From the NCBI GenBank assembly GCA_036172245.1, contig JAYWIR010000006.1, positions 2,604,001 through 2,668,000 of the forward strand: a stretch of 64,000 bases of DNA. Direction: 5' to 3'. This DNA comes from Raillietiella orientalis. Taxonomy: Eukaryota. Positions 48,938 to 62,300 of the stretch are shown in pieces. Under the pieces are notes generated by a model. The model was not told where the DNA came from, did no database searches, and saw only the letters and a list, made by a program, of their open reading frames with translations. Made by a program: the position numbers and the translations under genes. Numbering within the stretch: the stretch's first letter is position 1; the number at the start of each line of letters is the position of its first letter.

Positions 48938-51889
48938 TACGAATCGGCTGCCATCTCCGTGGAAGACGAGTAGGCCAGTCTCATGGTGAGACGAAGGTGA
49001 TGGCATATCTACGACAACAGATAGGCAACAGAGGCACACATAAGCGGGCAAGAACGAATGCAGGAGGCCCTTGATTTTCTCATGGACGCAACGACAGAGG
49101 CTCGAACCCGGTCACTCTGAGACGTTTATTTTGCAAAAACAAAATACACCACAAGTTTTAGGAGAACAAGAGTATTTCTAAAAAAAAAAAACCAGCCCTT
49201 CCATCTCCAAAAAAAAAGTTCATCCGGGATAACCACCGGCACGCAGGCGGGCTTCCAAAACGTGAAGAGAGAGAGGGAGGAGACAAGGAATAAATAAAAA
49301 AAGACGGAAGGGTGCAGACAGGGGTCTTTGGTTGGAGACGTTGCTTTCCTTCTAGAAACGGCTCTGGACGGTGGCGATCTCCCTGGCGACTTCTGACAGA
49401 CGAGGCCATCTTACTGCTGTTTCCATGAGGACTGCTGCCATGCTAGTGGCCTCCATTCGCTGCAAACCTAACTACAACACGTGTCGGTCTGTCATTATGG
49501 CGCTCATCCAACAGGTTGTTGCCATCACAGCGTTCTTCTTCAGCCAGTCTCCTGTAAAGAAGCGCTGCAGCATGTCCAATGAGGTGTCCTGCGGTCGACG
49601 GAGCACCGAAGAGTCTTAATCACAAGTCCTTGAGGGCACTGCAGTCCAGCGAAAGGTGCGAAAAGTGCAACGACGGAAATGCTATCTCTCCATTCCGCCG
49701 GCGAAGTCACACAAGGGCATGCAAAGCCCTGAGCGTGCTTTTGGTTTTGTCATACTGTGCTGGTCATACCGTGTTCCAGAAGACAAACCCAACCGATTTC
49801 AGCCACTCTCGTCTCGGTCGTGCACTTAGCATCTCTGTGGTCTCACCAAGGTTATCTTGAGTGCCCGAGGACCGTCCCCGGTGCGTCTCGGCCCACTCAG
49901 TGTGCCCATCGAGGAACCCGTGAATGCGGAAAGTCAATTCTACGGGAGGAGAAAGCTCCTCCCTCCAGATGGATTCGCCTTCGAGGTTCCTTGTTCACCC
50001 CTTCCCCCGCTTTTTCGAAACGAGGGCTCGAAACGATTCGTTCATTTCCCGGGCATTGCGACGACGCGCGTTTCGTCTTCGTTAGCCGCGATGCGACGCC
50101 GACGACGTCCATCGTTCGGCACCGTCAACCGATTATCCGTGCCACGAAATCCGGTGCCCCCTTTTCGATTGCGTGCAGGAAACGGAGGTCCTCCCTTTCC
50201 TTCCGTCTTGGCTCCCTGCCTTCGGATGCATGAAAGAGACGCATCGATTCCGCGATAGCAGGGAAATCCAGGACTTCTCCCGGAAGATAAAAAGATTTTT
50301 TTTTGTTTTAATGGGGACGCAGGGAGGGTTCCCTGGACCGATAGCAAACCTTCCTTAGCAGGGAGGATGCTCTTGATAACAAGAAGCGCGTTGCCTCGGA
50401 GTAGCAGAACGCGATCCTTCTTCCCAATGCGGGAAGACTTCGCGGCTTGGCTCCCGCGGAGCGTTCACCCAGTCTTTTTTCTTTCCACCGCTCTTTGGGA
50501 TCCCCCGTAGTGCCAGAAGGTGGCCTGCTGCAGATTCTTGGTGCTTTTTTGCCCGGGACGAGTGCCTTTCGACCGGACCAGCCTGAGGCACGACGTTCTG
50601 CCCTGTAGAGTCCAGGATGTCGTCCGCCTACTGCACCCGTGACCTCTCGTCGTTGGAAACGCGCGCGTGCCCCGGCACTCAGAGACTACTCGCGCATTCC
50701 CACTAGTCCCCAGGGACGAACCCGTCCGGAAGGAGAGAGGCGGCAGATCTGGGAGGGGAAGGAGACCAGGCCTCGCGGTCGAGTCCGACAAAGAGACGCC
50801 CGCAAGTGGTGGTCAAGGAGAAGTTGCAGCTGCCCCGTCTCGGGTGCAACCGGGGGGCTGACGGCAGCAGGAGCGCTGCTGCTGACGTCCGCTCGAGCGA
50901 GGAGCAAGAAGCGCGGCGTCTCCTGGGCAGCGTCCGAGGAGTGAAGCCGAACGCGGATCGGGAGGAAAACGACCTGTCTTCCCTCGGACGGGAATCCTTA
51001 GCACTTCCCCTTCCAGCGCGGGGACCGAGAGCAAAGGGTTCGGGAGGAGGCAGGGATTTGGATCCCACGCTGCTCTTCCTCGGCGAAAAGCAAGGCGGAG
51101 GGCCGAAGTGAACCTGGAAGCTTCACTCCGCTCTCTGAGACATTTCTCTCCCTCTCTCTTTCCCATTTTCTCCACTGAGAGACAACAAGAAGGGTGGGCC
51201 TCCTTGTCACCAGGAAGGGGGATAGAAGCAGCAAATGCAGCTCTAGGAGTTTTGTCGCGAGGTTTTTCTTCTCCCCGCTGGGGCGGTCGGGGACTCACTG
51301 GCAGCAGCTTCGCGGAGGGAGAAGGCGGTCGGGGTTTGCTGTAATCCCCAAGTGCTCTCTTGTCTGGAAGTGTCCGCAGCTCATAATTCAAAAACTTTCG
51401 CTGTTCCCGTGGCGACTTGCACGCTGCCGAGGGCAACGGCTTGGTCTGCGCCGGGCTCAATGCAAGCTACGTGGCCGATCACGAGCGTAAGCAGCTACCC
51501 ACTAATCCAGGACCCTGAAAAACGTCACCATGCCGAAGTCTCTATGACGTATCTGCATTCAGAGAGAAGATTCTCCTAATTACCAAGGCATCTTGAGATG
51601 GCTTGACTAAAAGGAGAACAGAGTTCTTCATTTGGTCCAGCGAAACGCAGCATCTTGTATCTGAAACAGTGATGTCTTTGGAAGCCGCGCTCCAACCCAG
51701 CAAAGTACAGTAGGAAAGCAATCTTCCAAATCGAATGGAGAAGGCGTTGAGAGACATAAAATGGACAAAGGTCAGAGACCACAAGATGAAAACATAAAGG
51801 AAGTTGAGCAGCAGTTTGGTTGCAGCCACAGTGGTCCGTGCATCCAGCCCTCGGTGGCCAAGTGCGGGATCCTCGAAGCTTTAATGGAA

Positions 51890-53715
51890 GGATGTCCTCG
51901 TTCTTGGGGAAGAAGGGGCCGAGGAACTGAAACATCACTTCCAATTCCTCGCTCCCTTCCCTTTCCCGCTTTGCCGTGCAAACACAGAGGTGATCATCAG
52001 CGCCCAGGGTGAATCCTGATGTCCAGCACGACCAACCTCTCGTATGTTAGGGAGGAAGAGGAGAAAAAGAAGAGAAGAAGGAGGGAACGAAATGGAGAAA
52101 GAGAAAGAGAGAAGAGGAAAAAGTAGAGAAGAGGGAGGAGGAGGGGGAGAAGGAGGGCGAAAGGAGAAGAGGAGAGAAGAAAGAGGAAAGGAAAATTAGG
52201 AGGAGGAAAGGAAGGGAGAGAGTAGAGCAGGAAGAGTAAGGGAGGAGTGAGGAGGGAAGAGAAGAAGGAAGAAAAAAAGAAAAGGAGAAGGAGGAGAGGG
52301 AAGGGAAAGTAGAAGGAGAGTAGAGAGGGAGGAAGAAGATTGGGTGTACCTGAGTCGCCTCACCCACATCTGCGCCCTCCAGGTGATAAAACTGTGCTGA
52401 AGCGAGGAGGAAATGTGGACTCCCAGCATAGCTAGTAGGACTGGAGGAGAATTGGGCTCACCAGAACATCCAACGGCTCGGGCTGACAGTAGACCGTAGC
52501 GTCCCGCAGATGGCCAGCGTCCTCAAAGTGATGGTTAATGAGAGTTGCAATCCTCAACTTCGAAAGCTACAGAGCCAGGATTCACTTCGACTGCTCCGCC
52601 TAACCGAAAGGCACTCGCAGACCCCAACAGATGCAGCTTTCGCGGCCTAGCACCAGTCTCTCTCTCCACAGATGCAAGCCAAAGACCACTTGACTTACGA
52701 CTTATCGAATCCGAAGTGGTTGCGACGGCGACGGAGGATTTCGTGGGAACTGGACCCAGAGGCAGCACGCGTGCTCAGAAGGTGCCACGAGGAAGGTGAG
52801 CCATGCGACCTAGAGACTTAGGGAGCGGAAACAAAAGGACTGTGAGCAAGGGTGAAGGATCTGCGTGCTGCGAACCGGTAAGGGACCGCATCATGGCAGG
52901 AAAGGCATGTGGTAAGCACGGAAGGGCGAATGCCCAATTTGGGAGACTGGGGAGACTCGAAAGGACGGAGTACCCTGGAGAGGTTCTCATTGGACCGCAA
53001 CGGAAGCGCAAAGCAGATGAAGAAAACGGAAGGGCAGGGGTCTCTGTGGAACGGGGGCAGCGTCAGCTCCATAGCTCGAATTTCTCATTCTTCTCCCTAG
53101 GGATACGTCTTGCCTCTTCTGCTCATCTACATAGTCCGGACACTCGTGGGGGCATCGAGCGTGGAATCCCTCCAATCCGCTCCCCTGCAGTCGCTGACCA
53201 TTACTTTCCCAGCATCTCCCTTCTACCGGGAAGAATTGTCCGAGCTGCGGAGGAGAACCTCGATGTCCTGTGAGAACTCCAAGCATGCTTGCATCGCTCC
53301 GGATACCCACACAACGCCCAAGGATGAGGGTGGGCCATCTGCTTTTCTAAACCACTACTTTATTTTTAATCTTCCCCCCTCTCACCGTCGCCTAACCTCT
53401 CTTCTTGCTCCTCCTTTTCTGCCTTTCTTCTTACCCTCTTCCTCCGCTTCCTCCCTTCCTTCTCCTCATCCTTTCCTTCCGTCTCCTCCTTCACGCTTCC
53501 TGCTCTACTCTTCCACTTCTCCTTTCCCTCCATTCTCCTCCTTCTCCCAGACACAGAGGAGGTCGTACTGAACATCGTGATCCCCCCTGGACACTGATGA
53601 TCGCCTCCGGGTTTGCGTGGCAACGCAGGAAAGAGGGGGGAGTGAGGAATTAGCGCATCACTCCCCGGTCCCTTTTCTCTTTTCCTTTTTTTTTGGCCAA
53701 GGAGATGGCACATCG
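51890..53715. repeat. Diverged inverted pair (51890-52340 / 53390-53715) with inward-facing polypurine tracts
   Basis: 51943-52065 aligns to the reverse complement of ~53535-53651. The GA-rich tract 52048-52340 mirrors the CT-rich tract 53390-53548. Confidence 0.8.
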
Positions 53716-53999
53716 ATCAGGATGTTCCCAAGAGAACGGCATCCCTTGCAGAAGAGGATTTTCCGCCCACAGCATCCTGCGAGAGCGTTCTGGGGGTTTC
53801 AGAGGGGGGACATCTTGATCTCGACCCGATTCTCCCCTACTCTCCTAGAGGACTCTGCTCTTCTCAAGCAACTCTCTCAGGGGAGGAGCCTCGGAGAGCA
53901 TCTCTGGGGAGCGTCCCCTGTAGATGAAATAGGCGATCGCTGGCGTGGCTCTCCCGAAGGGAAGTGGTGCCGAGGCCCCAATGGTAGGGGATGTGCTAC

Positions 54000-55650
54000 G
54001 TCGCCCTCAGAGCTCTAAGAAGATGAGGCAAAGGGGAGGCATCGCTAAAATCCGTAGGGGTCTCTTCTACTGACAGTGATCCATGCTCCGGGAGGGAGCG
54101 TCTCCCGGCCGCGGGAGAAGGGAGAAAAAGGCCCAGGGAAGGTCTCAAACGCTGCTCCTCTGCCCCTCCTCTTCGGTGCACCCGAAGGCAGCGCGGCAGC
54201 AGCAAGAGAAAGAGACAGAGGGAATCGTGGGTGTAATATGGGCGAAGTAGGGACTCCCGTCCACTCAGGAAGGTGGAGGTAGAAGATGCCGCGCCTGAGC
54301 ATTCGCCTCATGACGATCCGTGATCCGAACGTGCGAGGCGGAGCTCCCAGAGGCATCAGCCCTTCTTCCTTTCGGGCCCTTCCTACACTCCATATCAGCC
54401 CAAGAGAACAGTGGTCATCATAAAGGACGGTTCGCTTTTTTTGTGGAGCCATCTCTATGGGAAGGGGGCCGAGAAAGGGGGGAGTTCTCCCGCGCCGCAA
54501 GCGCGCCCTGGAGGCCGGCAGCAGGAACCCAGACGCACTCCCCTTCTCTGGAAAGCCTGGCTCCCCATCTGCTCCTCTCAAGAGGATCACGGCCAACACA
54601 CCAAGGTCTGAAAGACCCCTACAGACCTTGGTGTGCTGACACTCGGGTAGGAGTTCGGACGCGTGCGGCTTTGCGCAGTCGCGGAAAGCAACGCGGTTTC
54701 CGCGACTGTGAGCGCTTCCCCTCATTGCAAGGCAGCGCCTGCGCACTGCTGCTTTAACCCCAGGGTTCAACCACGCTCTGTTTGTCGAGGAGCGCCGAAG
54801 ATCTAGAAAGCCAAGCATCCCCATTCCACGACGTCTCTTTTCCTCCCATCTTCATCACCATCATTGTCGTCCCCTCAGTAGCCGGCGCCGTCATCTCCAT
54901 CACCATCCTCTTTCTGGTCCCCACCATCGTCGTTGTCTTCCCCATCCTGATCAACATCCAACCCACTCCGTGTTGTCGGACTCGCGGCCACGTGAGTCCC
55001 ATCGGGGAGAGCCAAGGGAGCACTGCGGTAGCTCGCAAGCGATTGACCCGACACGCTGCACGCTTGCGTCTTCTCAACTCCCGGCGCCAACGCCCCTTAA
55101 AAAATCTTTTGTCATTGGCTGGGAGGCAGTGTTGCAGCTCAGCTGGTTCTGCAAAATGAGCCCCGGGAGTGACCGCTTCGGCAGCGACGTGTCGTTTTGC
55201 AGCCGGGTCCGGGCGGTTTCTCAGGAACACGGCGGGCTCGCGACAGCCGCGTCGTCTTGGGAGACCCGGTCGCCCGCCTGGGTGCAGGCGCCGGGGAAGG
55301 CGGCATACCCTCAAGCGAAATCGGGCGGCCACGGATCGAGCGGCAGGAGTGTCGAGCGCTCCGACAGGCAGCCTCCGTCCGGCTTGCGCGCGCACCTCGT
55401 CAGAGTATGCGGGACAACGTCTGGACGCGAACGGACGTTCCAGAGAGAGCGCACGGGCGGGCGGCCTGCTCCCCCACGGTGTCATCGGAGGATCCGCTCC
55501 TTCCCGGATGGAGTACTTATGTAGAAGCCGCCTGATGTCATCACGGCAGCAAACCACCGTCATCCTGGAAAATCGCCACTCTTGAGATTACCGAGAGTGC
55601 GTAGATCATCAAGCATCGAGTTCGGAAGTTCCTCCCGAACTGGCCGGGAC
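54000..55650 (-). pseudogene. Possible L1/Tx1 ORF1 plus APE remnant
   Basis: LEGMPP (YEG.P-like) and an acidic low-complexity ORF1-like tail, followed by LNPGVK..RRR and GVLAVILL (LN.RGL and GVAIL-like). Confidence 0.35.
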
Positions 55651-56309
55651 TCCTTAGCAATGTCAGGCAGTGGCTTCGCAGCAGATGCTCTCTTGGATAT
55701 GGTCAAAGACTAAAAGAGAGCGTTTCGTCGTTAACTCGGAAACCAAGCAAGGACAGTCGGCCACAAACAACACAGACAAAAAAAAAAATGCAGGAGCTCC
55801 ATAGCTCAAGGGAGGCAGCAAGCCACACAAAGAGTTTAGGGTAATTTCGCAAATACAGCTGTCTGGTCTCGGCCGAAGACTAACAATCCCGTCGAACCGA
55901 GGCTGACCAAGACCCGGGGAGCAGAGCCCTTGCTTAATCACGCCGATCGTTCCACTCCGCCACTCCCAGAAGCGCTCTGGAACGGGCACTACCGGAAGCC
56001 AGAATGAGATCCAAGAATCCTTCCCCTCTTGGAGGAAGATCTAGTGGATCGCGCTGAGGGAGTTTGGCTCTCCGCGTGTGCCGCAGCCTCAGGAGTCGCA
56101 GTCCGGTTCAACTGCGACCGGCTCCCCCGCCTTCCTCGACTCGAGTTCACGTGGTTCCGCTCCCGCTTTTCTGATCCCTGCTCGAGTCCTGAACGCTGCC
56201 GGCCAACACCTGCTCTGCTGAGGTTTCCGACGGAGCTGCGTCTTCTCTTTTTCCGACTCGACTGGGCAGGTCCACGCTTCGTCTTTTCGAGAGTGCCTTG
56301 GCCGGGCGG

Positions 56310-57452
56310 TCGGCAGTGCTGGACGGTGGACGGCAGCAACATCGTCTTTCCCGGCAGGGTCGCCTTCCTTCCTTAGCTCTTGCAAGATATCCGCGTCCAT
56401 CGTCGCCTCCGCATGCCCAGTTCCCTCCCTGTGGAAGGCACTCTCGGTTGAGAGAGCGCTTTCCTCAGGGCTCTGCAAGGGAGTTGCACCCCACAAGATT
56501 CGAACCAGCGGCCTTCCTCTTGCCGCTGCACCGAGCATGCCGACCCGGGCATCGCCACCGCGCCGGCATACGAAGGGCAAGAAGCACTGCCGCGTCTGCC
56601 GGCCTGCACGCATTCCTTAGCAGGGTTTGGTTTATTACCAGTCACGCCAGGACGTTCATTATAAAAATAAATATGCAAAATGTAGGGCCATCGGCCCCAC
56701 ATCATCCGGAAATGCTCGGAACCGGCCGAGTAACCGGTACGCAGGCCGGCGCGGTTCGCCTCAGCAGCATAGGGGGCGAAGAGCAGAGTAAAAATAAATA
56801 ATAAAAAAAAAACTCTGGGGGTCACGGGAAGGGATCGCTGTCCACTGGAGGGCGTCTTCTGCATCCTTTCCAGGATGATGGTAAGTTCCTTCTGAGTATG
56901 CCCAAAGAAGAGCCGTCTTGCTGCCGTCCGCAAGAAGCGCAGCTGCCACAGTTGGGGTCCACAGCCTCCCGGTACAGTGGGTGAGGCGAGCGTTGCACGG
57001 GAAACCCCAGCGCGACAGCAGAAGTGCCGACTGCTGCCACTTTAGCGGGGGGGGAGCAGTTGTTCTTTAGAGCTGGAGGTCACTTCCTGTGAGATTCCCA
57101 GCAGCTCATCCCAGCGCAATAGTCCTCTCGGTGGGGCACTCGAGGTCGCAGCGTCCCTAAACTGTTCCGTGGTCCAACCACCTAATTCTTTCGCTCTTCC
57201 ACCTATCTCACATCGGACTTCCCATTTGGTGGGCTGGTTCCTCCCAGGTTCTCCCTGAGGGAGGGCAGTGTCACGGCTAGGGAGGTTCTTTGCGCCCACG
57301 CATACGTGCAGCGAGCGGTTGTTGTAGAAATGCATCCTCATCTCCGGGCTCGCTTCGTTTTTCTTGGCTCACGTGCGGACGGTTTCCTGCAAACAGGCGC
57401 TACCGTTCGCAAGCCGGCAGGGGATTCAGTTGGTTCTGGTTGGCTTGGCCAC
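56310..57452 (-). mobile_element. Inverted copy of 39898-41233 (LINE 3' end plus SINE-B unit)
   Basis: Near-identity in reverse complement; SINE-B homology extends further, to ~56310. Confidence 0.85.
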
Positions 57453-58399
57453 TCGCCAGAGCTGGAACCCGCAGCTGCGTCTTCGCCGCCGTGCCAGGAA
57501 AGAAGGCAGTCCGCGTAGCTGGTGGATGGCTTGACCAGTTATCGTGCGGGCTCACACCAGTTCGTGAACTAGGTTTGGATGAACCTCAATGGTGCAGACC
57601 CACAGCTTCTTCTTTGGGGTCGAAGGATCTTCACAGTAGTGCGGACGAGGTCCGAGGGGATGGGTTTTGGCGTCCAATGGTGCGTCATTTCCTGGTCACC
57701 CGACTACACTTCTTAGTGTGAAGTGTGTCGCAGCTGGTGTGTCCAGTGGATACCTGAGCTGCTGCGTTGGTTTGTGGGCGGCACCAGAGTCTTGCTGGTC
57801 GCATAGGAGCTTGTAGCTCTTCAGAACATCTCCATTCTTCTGATGATCCAACGATGACCATGCGAGCGGTCTCTCGAGTTACCTACAGTGAAAGAGTGAG
57901 CTGTTGGCTACAACCCGTCTCCGCAGCTTGCTTTCCCGGTTGCTGCTTGCCGCGCTCCCGAGGGCAGTGACGACTGGGCTCCCACTTTCCCCTCAGAATC
58001 GAGGTCATATCGCGGCACGGCCGCCTATGACCTCATTTACGCCGATGCCGCTCGATCGCTGGTCAGTATCCCTTCATCTTCCGGGAGTCGCTAGTGTGAT
58101 GACGATGAAAATTTTTCCTGGAGGGCGCGTCGCGGGCGTTCCTTTCCCGCAAAGCATGGAACGCGGCTGCCATGCATGCGCAGGCACGCACGGGCTCTCT
58201 CGAGTGCGGCGGGGTGCGTTCACGCCATCCCTCCATCCAGGAGAAGCAAAGCGGAACCGAAGATTCTGAGGGGGAGGTCGTCTCGCGTGTCCTTCTGTCA
58301 GTCTCGCCCAGTCTTGCACATCTCGCCCGCCAGGAGCTCCAGAGGAAGGGGAAGGAGGGATTCCTCCCGGCGGACCGTGCAGGCCCTCGCTTTCTCGGC

Positions 58400-60430
58400 C
58401 AATCGGGGGCCAGCTCGCCCGTCTGTCGGGGAGTACCTTCCCCCTCGCAGGGTCGCTCGCTTTGCTGCAGGACGCGTTTCGAGTGTTTGAGGGGAACACT
58501 CAGTACTGACGAACGAACTCTCCTCGAGGTTCCAGGTAGAGAGGGAACTCGCCAGGTTGACTTATTGGAGGTGAACTCAAACAGAGCGAGGAGGGCGGTT
58601 TTGCGCTTCCACATTCCTCAGGATGATGCTGGAGCGGCAAGGGGATTCCGGGGGCCGTCAATATCCGGGAACGGGGAGTCTGCTTGATTGCAGTGGCCAC
58701 TCAAAGAGCTAGCGGGCGGAATGGCCCGAACGGAGGAATCCCTGACGACCTCAGTGCTGCTGCTGAAGAGAACTCTCGTCGAGATGTGGATTTCGCCACC
58801 AGCGTCGACGCGCGCCAGGGGATGGAAGGCGCCTGTGCGAGCGTCCTGAAATCCGTGCGGACGTGGTCCCATCGCTGGGAGCAAAAAAAAAAAAAATGGA
58901 AACGACCACTGCAGCTGGGCCATAAATATCGGTAGCAGCCGGAACTAAGTAGCAGACAGGACGTTGGAAAGTCCAGAGAAATTGATGAACGAAAGGGCGC
59001 TTCCAGAGGAGCCCTGAGCCGGCGTGCCTCCACTTGCCGGCCTCGACCCGTCTCGACCGGTGTCTCGACCCGTCTCGACCGGCATCTCGACTCTCAGGCA
59101 GTCCGGGAGGCACCAACACCCGCCAGAGGACGCGGGCGGCGACTTGGCCGTGGGAGACCTCTCCGAAGAAGGCGCCTGCGGCAACCAAACCACACGGGAC
59201 GTTTCAAAATCGCGGCGGGAGAAATCCTACGCCGAAAGGGGTCGGCGCAGTTCGGCCGTGGGCTCAAGACGGAGGCGCACCTTCTATGGAGGCGCACATT
59301 TCCTCCCTCATACGGCACGCAGTGGTCAACGCGGAGGGCCCTCCGAAGGTCTTCTTCGCGGTCCTTCCAGCCCTTCCCAACTCCGAGGACGGAGAAATTC
59401 GAAGTTCAGCGAACCGGGGGAAGATAAGTCGCAACGAACCCAAGACGAGAGTATCCGTCGTCCTTAATTACATCTGCTCGGAACCAGGGCGAAGTGGTAT
59501 CCGTCTGAGTAACGTGCTCACTGACTTCGAGGCCTGGTTCTGCTGGCCGGTTTCTCGACCTTAAGTGGTTCACGTTCCAACTTGACTGCATAAAATCGGG
59601 ATTCAGCATTATATGCTGTGAACCAGTGCAGAGACGGATGAAGAGACGCTTCCTGAGCGACGCCACTTTCGAATCAAGCAAGACTCACCTGGAGCGGACC
59701 TGCCTCTCCCATCCGAGCGGGCCGGTCTTCTCGACAAGCACTGGCACTACTGGCTGTCCCCAGATGCTCCAACAAAAGGACTCATGAGCTGGAGCGAGCC
59801 ACTCGTAATTTCCCGGGAAAACTTTGAGTAGCCCCCGGAGCTCCTCAGCGAGCACACCCTCTCCCCCTCTAAAGTGGGGGGAGTTGGTGATCCTAACATT
59901 TTGCTGAAGCCTCCCGTGCAACTCCTGCCGCCATCCCTGGACCCGAGTAGGGGGCAGAGGGAGCGAGACGGCCCCAGCTGCAGCAGGTGCGGAGAGCGAG
60001 AATCCTTCCCACACCGGCTCGTTGGCTGCGTTGCTTTCCGACTCCCTTGGAAACCTTCTGTCGCGTTCCTGAGATCTTCTGAAGGCAACCCCAGGGACGC
60101 TTCTTCGCGCACGGTGCCTTGCCGCCAGCTGCATCTTCAGCAGCTCCTTGCTGCCTCCGCAGGACTGCGGCCATCCGCCTGAGGCGCTGCCGAGAGGGGC
60201 CAGGGCGACACCCACATTGCGGCCCTCTTCTTGAGGATGGCATCGAGATGGCCCCATCTGGGAAGCGCGCAGCCCGAATTTGCCAGCATCCTCGGGCGAT
60301 ACAGAGAACTCCAGAAAGCATGCAACCCTCTCCAGAGTTTCCCCTATTTTATTTCCCTTTTCATCTGCTCCTCTCCCCTCTGCTGTCGAGGCGACCCTCT
60401 CCCGTTTGCGCACCGTCCTCTCGGCAGGTT
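58400..60430 (+). mobile_element. L1/Tx1-like element with an ORF1 remnant joined to the ORF2 C-terminal part
   Basis: AVLRFHIP and QGMEGAC (ORF1-like); EPGRSGIRLSNV (GGLGL-like, post-RT); PSCSRCGERESFPHRLVGC (zf-RVT); partial 3' UTR. Confidence 0.65.
59041..59093 (+). repeat. Short tandem repeat (tctcgacc, ~5 units of 10-12 bp)
   Basis: Read directly from the sequence. Confidence 0.8.
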
Positions 60431-61749
60431 CTTCGATCAGCAGACCACGTGGTAGGAGCGGAAGCCCTACCACTGCCTTTGCGCGGTCACGGGTTGCGAG
60501 AAACGCCCCAAGGAGGCCGGGTGGGAACTGAGGCACTGTTCAGCACGACGGGAATCACTACCACGAGGTGTCGTCGCCGTCACTTCCCCATGCAAGTCAC
60601 GCCGCTAGCCAGCGCGTTTTCCTTGCTTCATCCTCCAAGACGGGATCCCGACTTCTCATCTGCGCGGTTCAAAAGGAAGCTTTTCATGCCCACTCCCTGT
60701 TTCTGTGTACCCTTCAAGGGATGGAAAATGAAACCTCCCGTGCAACTCCCTCAGGTATTACTGGACCCGGGAAAGGCGGTGGGCGTGACGGTGGTTTTTG
60801 GTCCTGCTGCCTTCGTGTTTGCGGGAAAACCTGCAAGACAAACCTTTCACGAAGAGATCTTTCTTGGACTAACACGGTAAAAAAACATACACGCACGCAC
60901 GGTTTAATCTCTCAGTCGTGTAAGAATACCTTAGGGCCTCCTAAAAAGCTACCGCTCCGCCTATGAGAGACCGAATCACGCACGGAGTGACATTGACAAT
61001 CATCGCTTAATTGCGGTTGCGACACGACGGACAAAAAAGCGATTTACACATGAAACATTGACAGTGCCATTAGCATTGTCAATGTTTAATATACCGTACG
61101 TTTTATGTTCCGTGCCGCGTATCGCAAACTGCAGGCAATCACGCGCTCTCGAACTGCGGCGTTTGCGTTTCCAAACGCGGAAGCAACATGACGGCGGTTT
61201 TGTCCTGATGGCACCGTAAGGGAAAGTCGGCATCCCGTTGGTCTCACTGCCTCATTCTCGCGATCAGTTGAATCTCCCTGATAGAGTCAATCCCCACGAT
61301 CTCAATTGCCTTCTCCGCTGCACGTTAGTTAGCAATCATGCGTTATCATTAACATAGTTATGGAATTTATGTGTGTGTGCGAGTTTTTTTTTCCTCAAAA
61401 AACGCGTTCGAGATTACTTTAATTACTTTCCGTGGCTTCTGAAAATTGATGAGATGCCTGTTTTCGCAGTTGCAACCAGACATCCTGTTTCCAATTTCTT
61501 TTCCTTCTCGTTTTCGTTCGCCGGGGAGGGGAGGAAGATATTCAATATGGAATCAATAACTACCTTTGTTTGCTTTATTCGAAAACGGGTACCAAACTGG
61601 CAATTTATCATCATGGATACCCAGTGATTCGTGGAATGAAGCGAGGAAGGATATCTGCTCCTTCGCGGATGAACTTTCATCCGGAGCATCGGAAGGTACC
61701 TCTTGCCTAGAATCCCAGTGGGTTGGGATCAGAGTTCCATGAGAACCAA

Positions 61750-62300
61750 AGGCGTTGTTCCTCTGCATCTCAATCTCAATCTTCCAGTTGTCTGGTCTCA
61801 GGAAGAACAATAACTGGGCGGAATTTCGTGTCGGACACGTTCGTCTCGCATATGCGACCCAAAACACTCCACACTTTGAAAGAAAGGTCACGCGGATGCA
61901 GCGATCCTTCTATGAAGACCCCGGCTAATGAACACTCACGTACCATCTGCAACGTTAGAGCGGTGATCAAAAGAAACTTATCTATGATTTTTCCTTCGAG
62001 GAACTTTAATGACAACCAACGAGGGGTGCATTTTGCCTTGGATGATCTTCAGCGGGGCAAGCATACATGCTCGAGTCACGTCATTTACGTTTTTGAACAA
62101 ATCAATATGGCGACAGTTTTGATTGGATAATCCCACGGGTGAAAGTCAAAACCACATTCGTCTCGGTGCATTCATCACTCCGAAGATCAGCAGGATTCCT
62201 TTAATGACCTGACTTCCGCGATCGTGGTCGCAATCTGACTGGGGAAGGCATAAGTTGCTCTCGGAATTCTACGGAGCAACTTCTGCAGCAAGCAGAAGTG
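61750..62300 (-). pseudogene. APE endonuclease remnant
   Basis: VRSLKES (LQET-like), TVAILI, LAGVF (GDF), VSDTK (SDH) and RPDNWKIE (GPG.WKLN), in order. Confidence 0.45.

Noticed and set aside
53590..53635. CTGATGA...GAAA resembling a hammerhead ribozyme or C/D snoRNA box
   Set aside because: No stem II closes directly between CTGATGA and GAAA in either copy, and there is no properly placed D box.
60873..60886. CACGGTAAAAAAA CACTA/EnSpm-like terminus
   Set aside because: No partner inverted end was found in the window.
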